Positions 28,319-39,721 are shown, counted from the stretch's first letter. The stretch is 64,000 nucleotides of DNA from Nitrospirota bacterium (GCA_016214845.1 JACRMS010000016.1:20488-84487); one strand, 5' to 3'. Made by a program: numbers and translations. The notes: generated by a model not told the origin, from the sequence alone.

Positions 28319-29413
28319 ATGCCCAGCAAGGATAATCACAAGCAGTCTCCTGTCTTAAGAAATCTCAAGAATGCCGGGGTGCGGCTTAGCACTTTAAGGA
28401 AATATAACGGCGATCCCAGAAGGCCCACCACCATGCACGTTGGAATTACTGACAGATGCAACATGTCCTGTCCCTACTGCTTGTATAAGAACGACAATAA
28501 AAACTTCAAGGTACTCAACGCGGTCAAGGCGCTGTCCCTTATAAGCGAGATCGACAGTTCCGTCATACTGTTAAGCGGCGGCGAGCCTCTGATATTCGGC
28601 GACATCCTTGATACAACAAGAACGATCGTCCGGTCATGCAGGGAGGCAGGGAAGATCACCGGGGTGCTGACAAACGGGATTACACTAAAAAGCGTCTTAG
28701 AAAAGGACTTCCCGGAATTTATACCGGGAAGCCGGTTCTTTTTCCAGATCTCAGTTGACGGGCTGAGGGAAGAGCATAATAAATTAAGAGGACACTTCGA
28801 TCTGATAATGAAGAACATCGGACATGCGAAGAGCGCCGGACACCTGATCTATACAAATACCGTAGTGAGTAAAAGGAATATAAATTCTCTTCATGAAATG
28901 GTGAAGTTCATTTCCGGTTTCAGCGACCGTGTCTATTTAAACCCGATGGTCAACAATGATGATACATTGACGTTAGATGAGACGGATCTGAAACGCCTTG
29001 GAGATTATATTATCAACCGCCAGGACTTAAAAGTCGCTAACAGCATCAACTTTGGAAAGTTCCTGAAGGGGGAACAAAACCTCAAATGCATGTTTCACAG
29101 CCTGGTAAGCGTTACGCCTTCGGGTAAACTCAAGTTCCCGTGTTACTGCTACGCGGAAGGTTCTGAATATCTCAATTCATTTCAGGAGTACCTTAACAAG
29201 GTGTATCAGCATAGAAAGCGCTTTGAAGAACGGTTGTCGCCGCAGTGCAGGACCTGCTATAATCACTGCCTGCATGAATCCTATGTCTATGCGCAATTGT
29301 CCATGAACGAAATTATTGAACAGATGAAGCGGCCCAAAAATTTATATAAAAAATATATCCGCCCTCTTTTTAAATTTGCCTGTAGAGACGCCATTAATGG
29401 CGTCTCTACATAA
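28319..29413 (+). CDS. radical SAM protein with Cys-rich C-terminal region
   Basis: GITDRCNMSCPYCLY (CxxxCxxC). C-terminal CYCYAEG...CRTCYNHC suggests an auxiliary cluster or twitch-like region. Confidence 0.65.
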   Translation: MPSKDNHKQSPVLRNLKNAGVRLSTLRKYNGDPRRPTTMHVGITDRCNMSCPYCLYKNDNKNFKVLNAVKALSLISEIDSSVILLSGGEPLIFGDILDTTRTIVRSCREAGKITGVLTNGITLKSVLEKDFPEFIPGSRFFFQISVDGLREEHNKLRGHFDLIMKNIGHAKSAGHLIYTNTVVSKRNINSLHEMVKFISGFSDRVYLNPMVNNDDTLTLDETDLKRLGDYIINRQDLKVANSINFGKFLKGEQNLKCMFHSLVSVTPSGKLKFPCYCYAEGSEYLNSFQEYLNKVYQHRKRFEERLSPQCRTCYNHCLHESYVYAQLSMNEIIEQMKRPKNLYKKYIRPLFKFACRDAINGVST

Positions 29414-29479
29414 TTGGATGGAGGGGCCCCGTGCAGACCCGTAACTGCCTTCTCCTGGTTTGTGAAATGGTAATGTGGG

Positions 29480-30304
29480 CTAACGTGCCGTATCCAGCGA
29501 ATCTAAAAAATCCTTTTTGATACTCTCCGCGTCAATATCCGTGATAACGGTCATCGTTCCTTTCGTATCTGAATGATCGAACTTCCCGTTTTCTAATATG
29601 GCAGGACGCTTCGCCGTTATCTGTGCGCACCACTCAGGCGATTTCAGCGCCGCTATTGCGGCCACATCATAAACCGGTTTCGGGAAACCGAAGCGCCTCA
29701 TCATAAACAGCTTCCACAGGTAGTTTCCGATCTCGCCCTTTCCTTTTATCCGCTGTTTATCGCTCTTGTATATCTTGAGTTTGCATGCCGGCCCGCATAC
29801 AGGCACAAGTGTAAGGTCGATATCCGAGTCGAATATGACCTGCGCGGACAATATGTCATTTTCATCATTAAAACAGAAACCGCCTTCCGGCCATTTTCTC
29901 CCGGCAAGCCACAGCGCCTTTATCTTTTCTTTTATTTTAGGCTCGATCAAATATGCTGACGCTAAATTTGTTATCGCCCCGATGCAGACAATATAAAGAG
30001 GCGCGCCGGAATTTTTCAGCGCTTCTTCAATGATAAACCTTGCCGCGGGTGAATCCGCAGGCGCTGCCGCGTTTGCGAGCGCCTTCTCAGCTCCCCGTAA
30101 CACGGGATATCGCCCCTCCATGCCAAGGAGCTTCAGTACAAAAAGGACCTCATCGTAACTTTTCTCCATGCTCCCCTTTTTACCGAAGTGAGCGGCGGTA
30201 AGGCCGCGTATCTCAAAACTCTCTGAGAGAGCGGCATACGTAATTGCGTACTGGTCGTCGATCTCGTTTTTAGCGTCCGTGTCGATGATTATTTTCTTGA
30301 GCAT
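29480..30304 (-). CDS. nucleoside hydrolase-like protein (IUNH family)
   Basis: N-terminal IIDTDAKNEIDDQYAI resembles the DXDXXXDD Ca2+/ribose-binding motif of inosine-uridine nucleoside hydrolases. Confidence 0.55.
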   Translation of the reverse strand: MLKKIIIDTDAKNEIDDQYAITYAALSESFEIRGLTAAHFGKKGSMEKSYDEVLFVLKLLGMEGRYPVLRGAEKALANAAAPADSPAARFIIEEALKNSGAPLYIVCIGAITNLASAYLIEPKIKEKIKALWLAGRKWPEGGFCFNDENDILSAQVIFDSDIDLTLVPVCGPACKLKIYKSDKQRIKGKGEIGNYLWKLFMMRRFGFPKPVYDVAAIAALKSPEWCAQITAKRPAILENGKFDHSDTKGTMTVITDIDAESIKKDFLDSLDTAR

Positions 30305-30736
30305 GGCAATTTGTAATTTTTCTTCGAATGTTTTTTTTATGACTATAATCTATAATAAAGACACCTGCAAAAAAATCAAAGAAGGAACGTGTATCAATTA
30401 ATGTCGCAGTCTGCTGTTAAAGCTGGTTCGAAAAACAAGAAACGGAAACTGCTTACCGTTTTATTAACGGGTTTCCTGTTATTCGCAGTTGCCGGAATTT
30501 TTACCGGGGCCTTTGACAACGTTTTCAATTTTTGCAAGGCGTTCATTTATTGTAACACCTCTGAGCTTCCTGTAAAGAAATAATAACGGTCTCTCCTCAC
30601 TGCACGATAATTGAACACGTTGTATAGTTTTTGAACTGTTTAGCACGCCGCATGTTGAAATTTCTTTCAAATTTATTGAGCATTGAAAAAGTTTTTGGTG
30701 GTACCGGTTTTGCTTATTAAAAACTTTTAACGTCTC

Positions 30737-31471
30737 ATGAATTCAAAAAAGATATCCATAATAATTATTACCCTTAATGAAGAAGAACTGATCGGGAGTC
30801 TTCTGCTCTCGCTGAGGGACATTGAAGATACAGAACTTATTGTCTCTGACGGGGGAAGCATTGACAGGACAGCCAGGGTTGCAAAAAAGTATACGGACAA
30901 GGTCATCAGGGGAGAGAGGGGAAGAGGATTGCAGCTTAACAACGGCGCGGCATTGGCCACAGGGGACATTTTATGGTTTCTCCATGTAGATTCAACGCCG
31001 CCGCATAATTTTAAGCATCATATCTGGAATACCCTGGATAAGCCTGGTATTGCAGGCGGGGCCTTTACACTTGAGATCGACTCCGGGCTGTCCTCATTGA
31101 AAGTCATATCAAAGGTCGCCGGACTCAGGTCAATGGTGTCGCGGATCCCCTATGGCGATCAGGGCATATTCGTTAAAAGAAAAACGTTTGAAAAGATTAA
31201 CGGGTTTAAAAACATACCGCTCATGGAAGATATCGACTTCGGCAGGAGGTTGAAAAGAGAAGGCCGGATAGCGATATTGGACCAGAGAATAAAAACCTGC
31301 GCCCGTGCATGGGAGAGAGACGGCGTTCTGAGGACCACCCTTAGAAACTGGATTTACGTAACACTCTTTTTCATGGGATATTCCCCACATAAACTCTATG
31401 AACGGTATTACCGTAAAAACATCCGTCTTACCATGCAGAGGGACGTAATAAAACAGAGGAAGCACCGGTAA
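30737..31471 (+). CDS. GT2-family glycosyltransferase
   Basis: ISIIIITLNEEELI...SDGGSIDRT...WFLHVDSTPP (DxD-type GT-A fold). Confidence 0.7.
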   Translation: MNSKKISIIIITLNEEELIGSLLLSLRDIEDTELIVSDGGSIDRTARVAKKYTDKVIRGERGRGLQLNNGAALATGDILWFLHVDSTPPHNFKHHIWNTLDKPGIAGGAFTLEIDSGLSSLKVISKVAGLRSMVSRIPYGDQGIFVKRKTFEKINGFKNIPLMEDIDFGRRLKREGRIAILDQRIKTCARAWERDGVLRTTLRNWIYVTLFFMGYSPHKLYERYYRKNIRLTMQRDVIKQRKHR

Positions 31472-31506
31472 GCGTTAATTTAATTTCCAGGACAAGACAC
31501 GTATAA

Positions 31507-31541
31507 AGCCTCGCATTAAATTGCGGGGCTTTTGTTTTTTT
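31507..31541 (+). terminator. Rho-independent terminator after the GT2 gene
   Basis: aagcctcgcattaaattgcggggcttttgttttttt: GC stem followed by a T-run. Confidence 0.5.
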
Positions 31542-32007
31542 ACCATTCTTTATGGGTAGTTATTCTGGTTGACACATGCCGCTTTTGTCTTATAATGTAT
31601 AAGTACGCACTTTCTCTCAGAGAAAATATTTTTGGCAAATTCAGCTTATGAAGTCTTTTTTTTACTATAGAGCCGGACAACTTTTCTGCGCCACATGAAA
31701 ATAACTTGTGATGCCTGAAAAAAACAAGTCAAAAAAAGCTTCACCAAAAACGGCAGGGAGAAAACAACTCCGTCAGTTCATGACTTCCCGTCTGTTGGAC
31801 ATAAAAAAATGCTGCTCAATGCGCGAATGATATTGCAGGGGGACAGGCAGACCGGGATGATCCTCCTTGCAATAGAGGACATATCGGGGGAGTAATGATC
31901 CCCTCCGGTTGAGGGTGTGAATTAATCCCTCTTTCGGCGGGGAGACACATATTATCCCTTGACGGGGGAGGGTCAGGGTGGGGGTGACTAAAGGTGAGAT
32001 ACAGCTT

Positions 32008-34302
32008 ATGAAAAAGAAGCAGAACGAATCCGGGGCCCTGCGTAAAAAGGCAGAGAAGAAACTGCTGGGGCAGGAAGGAAAAGTAAAGGAGCTTTCCGCC
32101 CTTGATCTCAAGCGTCTTGTGCATGAATTGGGGACGCACCAGATCGAGCTTGAGATGCAGAACGAAGAGCTGCGCAGGTCGCAGGCCGAGCTGGAAACGT
32201 CCCGCAGCAGGTATGCCGACCTGTTCGACTTTGCCCCCATAGGCTACTTTGTCTTTGATAAAGACGGAGTGATACTGGAATCAAATCTTGCCGGCGCTAA
32301 TCTCCTCGGCACAGACAAACGATCATTGACCGGCAAGGCATTCTCTTTCTTTATGGTTTCCGATGACAGGAAGATCTTTACAGCGCATATAGCGGAGGTA
32401 TTGAGCAAACAGGTCTTGCAGGCATGTGAGATAAGAGTGGGGAAAAAGGACAGGTCCGTATTCCATGCGCGGATACAGAGCATCGCGGTGGAGGACGAAA
32501 AAGGCGGGCTGACCCTTTGCCGCTCGGCAATAAGTGATATCACAGAGCGGAAACAACTGGAAGAGACCCTGAGGGTGTCTGAAGAAAAATACAGAAGTAT
32601 TTTTGAGGGCGCGAATGACGGAATTATTTCCACTAACCTGAGGACAGGGAAGTTCCTGTTTGTCAATAAACGGATGTGCGAACTAATGGGTTATTCGGAA
32701 GAGGAGATATTAAAACTCGAAGTAAAAGATCTGCATCCCCCGGAAAGCCTGCCTCTTGTTCTTATGCAGTTCAACAGGATGGCTGCCGGAGAAGCGACTG
32801 AAGCGGTTGAAATACCGGTGCTGAAAAAAGACAAAAGTATAATATACTGCGATATCGGCTCCTCTTTTTTAGGTGGAAACGATAAAACGGTTTTGCTCGG
32901 CTTTTTCAGGGATGTCACCACGCGCAGGATGGCTTTGGAAGCCATGCGGAAAAGCAACCAGAGACTTGAGATACTTTCCGACGCGGCCCGTCTCCTGCTG
33001 ACAAGCAATACGCCTGAGAAGATCGTGGAAACAATATGCCGGAAGGTCATGGACTTTCTCGACTGCCACGTCTTCTTCAATTATCTGCTTGATGAGGAAA
33101 AGATGAAGCTCAGGCTGAATGCCTATGCGGGTGTGTCCGAAAAGGCCGCAAAGGAAATAGAGTGGCTATGCTTTGGCGAAACGGTTTGCGATTACGTGGC
33201 GAGGGACGGACGCCGGATCGTCGCTGAAAATATCCAGGAAACGCTGGACCACCGGACGGACCTTGCGCGTTCAATCGGGATGAAGGCGTTTGCCTGTCAT
33301 CCTTTACTTGCCAGAGGGCGGGTCATCGGGACGCTTTCATTCGGCACCAAGTCCAGGGCCTCTTTTACAGAGGATGACCTGGCCCTGATGAAGACCGTGA
33401 CCAACCATGTGGCTGCGGCAATGGAACGCAAGAAGGCAGAGGAAGAAATAAGAAAGCACCGCGAGGAGCTTATGATGCTCGTGGAAGAACGCACAAAAGA
33501 GCTGCAAAAGATAAATGAAGAGCTTGAACGGGAAATTACAGAACGTATGGAGATAGAGGCTGAGATTGTTAAGCTCAACAGAGACCTTGACAGGCGCGTA
33601 AAAGAGCGCACCGCCGAACTCGAGGCCGTAAACAGGGAGCTTGAGGCGTATTCCTATACGGTCTCTCACGACCTGCGCGCGCCGCTAAGGAGCATCGAGG
33701 GTTTCACAAAAGCGATAATGGAGGATTATGCTGACAAGTTTGATGAAACCGGCAGGGACTATCTACTCAGGGTGACTTCAGCAAGCCACATGATGTCGCA
33801 GTTCATCGACGCGCTGCTGGCCATGTCCAGGCTGACGAGCGTAGAGATAAAGGAAAATACCGTTGACCTCAGCGCCATAGCCCAGGTGGCCTCATACGAG
33901 CTCAAAAAGAAACAGCCCGAACGCCGGGTGGATTTTATCATAGCCGAAAAGTTGAAGGTAAAAGGCGACATCAACATGCTGAGGGTTGTGATCGAGAACC
34001 TGTTTGACAATGCATGGAAGTTCACATCCCGTCATCCTTCCGCAAAGATCGAGTTCGGCATGATGAATGAGGAAAGAAGCCAAGGACCTGTTTATTTTGT
34101 GCGCGACAACGGCGCGGGTTTCAATATGGAATTCGCCGACAAACTCTTCAGCCCGTTCAGGCGGTTTCACAAAGAATCCGAATTCCCCGGCATCGGCATC
34201 GGACTGGCAACGGCATACAAGATCATCAAGCGGCACGGGGGTAAAATCTGGGCGGAGAGCGAAGTGGAAAAGGGAGCGACTTTTTACTTTACGCTTGGGT
34301 AA
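32008..34302 (+). CDS. multi-PAS/GAF sensor histidine kinase (HisKA + HATPase_c)
   Basis: PAS repeats; coiled-coil; H-box ELEAYSYTVSHDLRAPLRSI; N/G1/G2 boxes (NAWKFT, DNGAGF, GIGIGLA). Confidence 0.8.
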   Translation: MKKKQNESGALRKKAEKKLLGQEGKVKELSALDLKRLVHELGTHQIELEMQNEELRRSQAELETSRSRYADLFDFAPIGYFVFDKDGVILESNLAGANLLGTDKRSLTGKAFSFFMVSDDRKIFTAHIAEVLSKQVLQACEIRVGKKDRSVFHARIQSIAVEDEKGGLTLCRSAISDITERKQLEETLRVSEEKYRSIFEGANDGIISTNLRTGKFLFVNKRMCELMGYSEEEILKLEVKDLHPPESLPLVLMQFNRMAAGEATEAVEIPVLKKDKSIIYCDIGSSFLGGNDKTVLLGFFRDVTTRRMALEAMRKSNQRLEILSDAARLLLTSNTPEKIVETICRKVMDFLDCHVFFNYLLDEEKMKLRLNAYAGVSEKAAKEIEWLCFGETVCDYVARDGRRIVAENIQETLDHRTDLARSIGMKAFACHPLLARGRVIGTLSFGTKSRASFTEDDLALMKTVTNHVAAAMERKKAEEEIRKHREELMMLVEERTKELQKINEELEREITERMEIEAEIVKLNRDLDRRVKERTAELEAVNRELEAYSYTVSHDLRAPLRSIEGFTKAIMEDYADKFDETGRDYLLRVTSASHMMSQFIDALLAMSRLTSVEIKENTVDLSAIAQVASYELKKKQPERRVDFIIAEKLKVKGDINMLRVVIENLFDNAWKFTSRHPSAKIEFGMMNEERSQGPVYFVRDNGAGFNMEFADKLFSPFRRFHKESEFPGIGIGLATAYKIIKRHGGKIWAESEVEKGATFYFTLG

Positions 34303-34359
34303 AATAATAGGTCTTATAGGACTGATACGACATTTTATTTTCTTAAAGGAGGTGTAGTC

Positions 34360-34977
34360 ATGAAAGCATCTGGAGAGAAAAGAAATTCAGGTATAGCCTT
34401 GATCGGAGATTTGCCCTGGGGCAGTCACTTCTGTCAGTTCTACTCGACAAAAAAGGACCTGTTGGACGTGCTTGTTCCTTATTTCAGGGCCGGGCTGGAG
34501 AACAATGAATTATGCGTTTGGGTGACCTCGGACTTTCTTACCACGGAAGACGCTTTAAAAGCCATGAAGAAAGGCGTGCAAGGCTTTTCAGAATACCTGG
34601 CAAATGGGCAGATGGAGATTTTCCCTTATACGGACTGGTATCTCAAGGGCGGTAGCTTTGACCTCAAGAGGACGCTCAACATGTGGATGGAAAAGCACAA
34701 TGAGGCCCTGTCCAGAGGGTTTGCGGGAATGAGAGTGAGCGGCAACCCTTACTGGATCGACAACAAAAAAGACTGGGACGATTTCGCCTGTTACGAGGCG
34801 GAGATAAACAACGTGATCGGCGGAACAAAACTGCTGGTGCTCTGCACCTACTCGCTCAAGAAGTGCGGCGTGGTTGAGATCATGGACGTCGTCAAGAACC
34901 ACGAGTTCGCGCTTGCCATGAACCAGGGCGAGTGGCAGATCGTCAGCAATCCGGCCTGCGCTCACAGGCATTCATAA
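34360..34977 (+). CDS. stand-alone MEDS-domain protein
   Basis: GIALIGDLPWGSHFCQFYSTKKDLLDVLVPYFRAGLENNELCVWV matches the MEDS (DcmR-like sensory) domain. Paralogous to the N-terminus of the downstream kinase. Confidence 0.6.
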   Translation: MKASGEKRNSGIALIGDLPWGSHFCQFYSTKKDLLDVLVPYFRAGLENNELCVWVTSDFLTTEDALKAMKKGVQGFSEYLANGQMEIFPYTDWYLKGGSFDLKRTLNMWMEKHNEALSRGFAGMRVSGNPYWIDNKKDWDDFACYEAEINNVIGGTKLLVLCTYSLKKCGVVEIMDVVKNHEFALAMNQGEWQIVSNPACAHRHS

Positions 34978-35012
34978 CCCCATAAGTCTTATGAGGCTGA
35001 TAGGACATATAT

Positions 35013-37013
35013 ATGCACACTCTACGCTCTGACAAACGGAAATCAGGCATTTCTTTAATCGGTGATCTGCAGTGGGGCAGCCACTTCTGTCAGTTTTACC
35101 AGACAAAGAAAGACCTGCTTGACATATTTGTCCCTTACTTCACGGCAGGGTTGAAGAATAACGAGCTTTGCGTATTTATCACATCGAGGGCGCTCGGCGC
35201 TGAGGATGCGAAGAAGGCCCTTAAGAAAACCTTGCCGCATTTTGAGCTATATGCAAAGAACGGGCAGATGCAGTTGGTCCCTTTCAGCCGCTGTCATGAA
35301 ATAAAGGGGCAGGGGGCAGGGGGCAAGGTCATCGCCTCTCTGCTTGACAGCGCCATCTCCAAAGGCTTTGACGGACTGAGGATCGCGTGCAGTTTCCAGA
35401 ACAAGAATGGCGGCAAGCCCCTCACATGTTTCGGGATCGATACTATAAACAAATACAACGCTCTCGCGGCCTTTGCATATCCCCGCAACAGGTTTGACGC
35501 GATAGGGCTTATGGAGGTCGTAAAGAACCACCGGTTTGCACTGGTGAAAAATTCAGGCAGGTGGGAGGTGCTTGAAAGCTCGGAGGCGCGGACCGTCAAG
35601 GACGCACTGAAGAGGAGCGAAGAGAAGCTGCATTCCCTCTTCAGCAACATGTCCGAGGGTTTTGCCTATCATAAGATTGTGCTTGATGCGAAGGGAAAAC
35701 CCTGCGATTATATTTTCCTTGAGGTCAACAGGTCCTTTGAGCGGCTTACCGGCCTTAAAGGGAAAGACGTCATCGGGAAAAAAGTCACGGAAGCCATGCC
35801 GGGCATTGAAAAAGACCCCACAGACTGGATAGGGAAATACGGCAAGGTCGCTCTGACCGGAAGGCCTATGCAGTTCGAGAGCTATTCGGAGTCGCTTAAA
35901 AAGTGGTATTCAGTCTCCGCCTTCAGCCCGCACAAGGGCTATTTTGCCGTGACGTTCACAGACATCACCGGGCGCAGGCAGGCCGAGGAGGCGATAACAC
36001 GTCTCGCTTCTTTTCCGCGTCTTAACCCCAATCCGGTCCTTGAAGTAAATCAGGCCGGAGAGATCACATTCCTCAATGAGGCTGCAATCAGCGCATTAAG
36101 AGCAATGGGGCTTGGTGAAAACGACGCCGCATTGTTACTTCCTCAGGATGTTGGCCAGATCTTCGGGGCCCTGCGTGATAAACAGAGAAAGATATTCTAT
36201 CGTGACATAAAAATAAAAAACACCATATTCGCTGAATCAATCTACGTTGCGCCGGAATTCAACTCCATCCGCATTTATGCAATGAACATAACCGAGCGCA
36301 AGAAGGCCGAGGATGAACTGAACCAGCGCACCGCTGAGCTTGAAGCCGCAAACAGGGAGCTTGAGGCCTTCAGCTATTCAGTCTCGCACGATCTGCGCGC
36401 ACCGCTCAGAAGCATCTCCGGTTTCAGCCAGGCGCTGTCTGAAGATTACGCAGGCAGGCTGGACGCGGAGGGCAAAGATTCACTTGAGCGAATACGCGGC
36501 GCCGCGCAGAGAATGGGACAGCTCATTGACGATTTATTAAATCTTTCCCGCGTGACACGGGCCGGGATAAACCGGGAGAAAGTGGACCTCAGCAATCTTG
36601 CACTGAACATTGCTGACACGCTCAGGAAAACGCAGCCTTCGCGAAACGCGGAGTTTATTATTGCCGAAGGTCTTTTTGCATACGGGGACGGGCGCTTGTT
36701 TAATGTGATGCTGGAGAACCTGCTCAACAATGCGTGGAAGTTTGCCGGAAAACGCACTCATACTGTAATAGAATTCGGAGTTACTAAGCATGAAGGCAAA
36801 CGGGCGTATTTTGTAAAGGACAACGGGGTCGGTTTCGACAAAAACTTTGCCGACAAACTCTTCAGTCCCTTTCAGCGGCTTCACAGCCCGGTCGAATTCC
36901 CCGGCACCGGCATCGGCCTCGCCACAGTAAAGCGCATAATTGAGCGTCACGGCGGGCGGGTGTGGATCGAAGGTGAGATTGATAAGGGAACTACGGTGTA
37001 TTTTTCGTTATAA
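35013..37013 (+). CDS. MEDS-PAS sensor histidine kinase
   Basis: N-terminal MEDS domain (GISLIGDLQWGSHFCQFYQTKKDLLDIFVPYFTAGLKNNELCVFI), PAS domain, H-box ELEAFSYSVSHDLRAPLRSI, HATPase. Confidence 0.8.
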   Translation: MHTLRSDKRKSGISLIGDLQWGSHFCQFYQTKKDLLDIFVPYFTAGLKNNELCVFITSRALGAEDAKKALKKTLPHFELYAKNGQMQLVPFSRCHEIKGQGAGGKVIASLLDSAISKGFDGLRIACSFQNKNGGKPLTCFGIDTINKYNALAAFAYPRNRFDAIGLMEVVKNHRFALVKNSGRWEVLESSEARTVKDALKRSEEKLHSLFSNMSEGFAYHKIVLDAKGKPCDYIFLEVNRSFERLTGLKGKDVIGKKVTEAMPGIEKDPTDWIGKYGKVALTGRPMQFESYSESLKKWYSVSAFSPHKGYFAVTFTDITGRRQAEEAITRLASFPRLNPNPVLEVNQAGEITFLNEAAISALRAMGLGENDAALLLPQDVGQIFGALRDKQRKIFYRDIKIKNTIFAESIYVAPEFNSIRIYAMNITERKKAEDELNQRTAELEAANRELEAFSYSVSHDLRAPLRSISGFSQALSEDYAGRLDAEGKDSLERIRGAAQRMGQLIDDLLNLSRVTRAGINREKVDLSNLALNIADTLRKTQPSRNAEFIIAEGLFAYGDGRLFNVMLENLLNNAWKFAGKRTHTVIEFGVTKHEGKRAYFVKDNGVGFDKNFADKLFSPFQRLHSPVEFPGTGIGLATVKRIIERHGGRVWIEGEIDKGTTVYFSL

Positions 37014-37061
37014 TAAAAATTGTCTTATAAGACCTATAGGACTCATAATTAGGAGGACTGA

Positions 37062-37493
37062 ATGCAAACCAGAAACATACTTCTTGTGGAAGATAACCCT
37101 GACGATGTTAAGCTGACACTGCGCGCTCTCAAAAAAAACAGGATCCTGAACGAGGTCGTTGTTGCGCAGGACGGGGTCGAGGCGCTGGACTACCTCTTCG
37201 GCACCGGGAATTTCGCCGGGCGCGACATGAGCGTAATGCCGCAGGTGATACTGCTTGATCTGAAGATGCCCAGGATTGACGGGCTGGAGGTCCTTCAACG
37301 CATCAGGGCCGATGAAAGGACCAGGCTCCTGCCGGTTGTTATCCTTACTACTTCAAGCGAGGACAAGGACAAAATAGAAAGTTATAAGTTCGGCGCTAAC
37401 AGCTACATCCGTAAACCGGTGGACTTCAACCAGTTCGTAGATGCCGTGCAGCAGCTGGGACTTTACTGGCTGGTATTGAACGAAGCGCCGTAA
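37062..37493 (+). CDS. single-domain response regulator (CheY-like receiver)
   Basis: ILLVEDNPDDVKL...VILLDLKMPRIDG...YIRKP. Confidence 0.85.
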   Translation: MQTRNILLVEDNPDDVKLTLRALKKNRILNEVVVAQDGVEALDYLFGTGNFAGRDMSVMPQVILLDLKMPRIDGLEVLQRIRADERTRLLPVVILTTSSEDKDKIESYKFGANSYIRKPVDFNQFVDAVQQLGLYWLVLNEAP

Positions 37494-37530
37494 ATTGTTT
37501 TACGTCACAGACCTAAAACACCCTTAAGCT

Positions 37531-37610
37531 GTCATTCCGGCAGTCCTTAAGCCGGAATCCAGTTCCTGAAAAAGACTCTGGATTCCCGCTCAAAAACCTG
37601 CGGGAATGAC
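37531..37610. repeat. full copy of nested-palindrome repeat
   Basis: gtcattccggcagtccttaagccggaatccag...ctggattcccgctcaaaaacctgcgggaatgac. Confidence 0.8.
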
Positions 37611-37635
37611 ATGCAGTGAACATGGAGATACTGAA

Positions 37636-39690
37636 ATGTCCAAGCCGTTACATTTATTGATTGTCGAGGACTCGGAGGACGACGCACTTCTTCTTCTGCG
37701 CGAGTTGAAGAAAGGCGGATACGGGCCTTTATTTGAGCGCGTCGAAACACCCGAAGCCATGAAGGCGGCCCTTGAAAAAGGCCGGTGGGACATAATCATT
37801 TCAGATTACGTATTGCCCAGGTTCAGCGGACTTGCGGCGCTGGACATTCTCAAGCAGAGCGGGCAGGACCTTCCGTTCATCATCGTATCAGGCAACATCG
37901 GAGAGGACATCGCGGTTGGGGCGATGAAATCCGGGGCGCACGATTACATCATAAAAGGCAATCTGGCAAGGCTCGTCCCGGCAGTGGAACGGGAACTGCG
38001 CGATGCCGGGGTGCGCCGCGCGCGCAAGCGCGCGGACAGTCTGATTAAAACTACTAACGAACTCCTCAAACTCTTCCCCGGTAAATATTCGCGCAGGGAA
38101 TACCTCGAATCAGTGGTAAAGATCATCAGCGAATGGAGCGGATGCCGCTGCGTGGGCGTCAGGGTCCTGAATGAACGCGGAGAGATCCCTTATGAATCCT
38201 ATTGCGGTTTTGATTATGAGTTCTGGAATTTGGAGAGCTGCCTTTCCATCAGCAGGGACCAGTGTATCTGCATCAGGGTAGTGAACGGGAAACCGGACCC
38301 GCAGGACATGCACGCTATTACAGAGGCCGGATCATTCCGCTGTGATAACACGACCAGGTTTATTGAGGGACTGACAGAGGATGAAAAGAAAAGGTTCCGG
38401 GGCGTATGCATTCAGAACGGTTTTACATCTCTCGCTGTTGTCCCGGTCCGTTTTCTTGACAGGACGTTTGCTGCAATTCAGCTTGCTGACGAAAGGGAGT
38501 TTATGGTCCCTCTTGAAACCATAGAGGCCCTTGAGACGATAACACCGCTTATCGGCGAGGCGATCCACAGGTTCAACGTGGAAGATGAACTCATGAAAAA
38601 CTTCGAATCCCTTCAGAGCGCCAACGAGCTCCTTGAAAACGTCTTCTCCAACGTCTACGTCCTGATCGCATACATGGACAAGGACTTCAATTTCATCAGG
38701 GTGAACAAAAAATACGCCGAATCGGACGGACGGGAGCCGGAATTTTTTACCGGTAAAAACCATTTTGACCTCTATCCGCATAAGGAGAATGAGGAAATTT
38801 TCCGGAGAGTGGCGGAGACCGGAGAACCTTTTTTCATAAGGTCAAAACCTTTTCTACACCCTGAGCGCGGGATGACCTTCTGGGACTGGAGCCTTAAACC
38901 TGTCAAAGATGCTGACGGCAAGACCGCCGGACTGGTGCTCAGCCTGGTTGACGTAACGGAAAATATAACGCTCTATGCGGAGCTGATGCGCGCAGACCAC
39001 CTCGCCTCAATCGGCAAATTGGCCGCGGGCGTCGCGCATGAAATAAACAACCCGATAAACGGCATCATTAATTACACCCAGCTTCTGATAAATAAATTTG
39101 ACAGGGAGAGTAAAGAGTACGACATTTCCTCCAGGATCATAAAGGAGAGCGACCGCATCGCCGGTATTGTAAGAAACCTCCTCTCCTTTGCCCGCGACAA
39201 CAAGGGAGAAAAAAGACCCGCGCATCTAAGAGAGATACTTTCTGACTCGCTTGCGCTTGCCGGGACGCAAATGAGAAAAGACGGGATAGGACTCACAGTA
39301 AATATCCCGACCGACCTGCCGCAGGTTGTTGTCCAGCCCCAGCATATAGAACAGGTGTTCCTGAATATAATCCATAATGCCCGCTACGCCCTGAACAAGA
39401 AATACCCGGAGGCTTATGCCGAAGGCAAAACTTTTGAGATCACCGCCGAAACTCTGACCATTAATAATAAGCCCTTTGTACGCATTATATTTTACGACCA
39501 GGGCACGGGAATCCCCCCCGGCGTACTGAATAAAATAATGAATCCCTTTTTTACGACCAAGCCTGACGGCGAAGGCACAGGCCTCGGGCTGAGCATCAGC
39601 CACGGCATCATCAGCAATCATGGAGGAAAGCTCACGGTCGACAGCGTTGAAGGCAAGTTTACAAAGGTCATAATAGACCTCCCCCTCTGA
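37636..39690 (+). CDS. hybrid sensor histidine kinase (N-terminal REC, GAF/PAS, HisKA, HATPase_c)
   Basis: [14 protein letters not shown]...[13 protein letters not shown] (receiver domain); H-box [15 protein letters not shown]; G-boxes DQGTGIP...GTGLGLSI. Confidence 0.8.
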   Translation: MSKPLHLLIVEDSEDDALLLLRELKKGGYGPLFERVETPEAMKAALEKGRWDIIISDYVLPRFSGLAALDILKQSGQDLPFIIVSGNIGEDIAVGAMKSGAHDYIIKGNLARLVPAVERELRDAGVRRARKRADSLIKTTNELLKLFPGKYSRREYLESVVKIISEWSGCRCVGVRVLNERGEIPYESYCGFDYEFWNLESCLSISRDQCICIRVVNGKPDPQDMHAITEAGSFRCDNTTRFIEGLTEDEKKRFRGVCIQNGFTSLAVVPVRFLDRTFAAIQLADEREFMVPLETIEALETITPLIGEAIHRFNVEDELMKNFESLQSANELLENVFSNVYVLIAYMDKDFNFIRVNKKYAESDGREPEFFTGKNHFDLYPHKENEEIFRRVAETGEPFFIRSKPFLHPERGMTFWDWSLKPVKDADGKTAGLVLSLVDVTENITLYAELMRADHLASIGKLAAGVAHEINNPINGIINYTQLLINKFDRESKEYDISSRIIKESDRIAGIVRNLLSFARDNKGEKRPAHLREILSDSLALAGTQMRKDGIGLTVNIPTDLPQVVVQPQHIEQVFLNIIHNARYALNKKYPEAYAEGKTFEITAETLTINNKPFVRIIFYDQGTGIPPGVLNKIMNPFFTTKPDGEGTGLGLSISHGIISNHGGKLTVDSVEGKFTKVIIDLPL

Positions 39691-39721
39691 ACACAACTCT
39701 CAACTCTATATAAAGCAGTTA

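Noticed and set aside
37606-37635. Upstream ATG at 37606 as the hybrid-kinase start
   Set aside because: That ATG lies inside the palindromic repeat (gcgggaATGac) and would be sequestered in the hairpin. The ATG at 37636 directly precedes the receiver domain ([12 protein letters not shown]).
38332-39696. 149-aa and 156-aa minus-strand ORFs
   Set aside because: Antisense to the hybrid histidine kinase gene. No recognisable domains.
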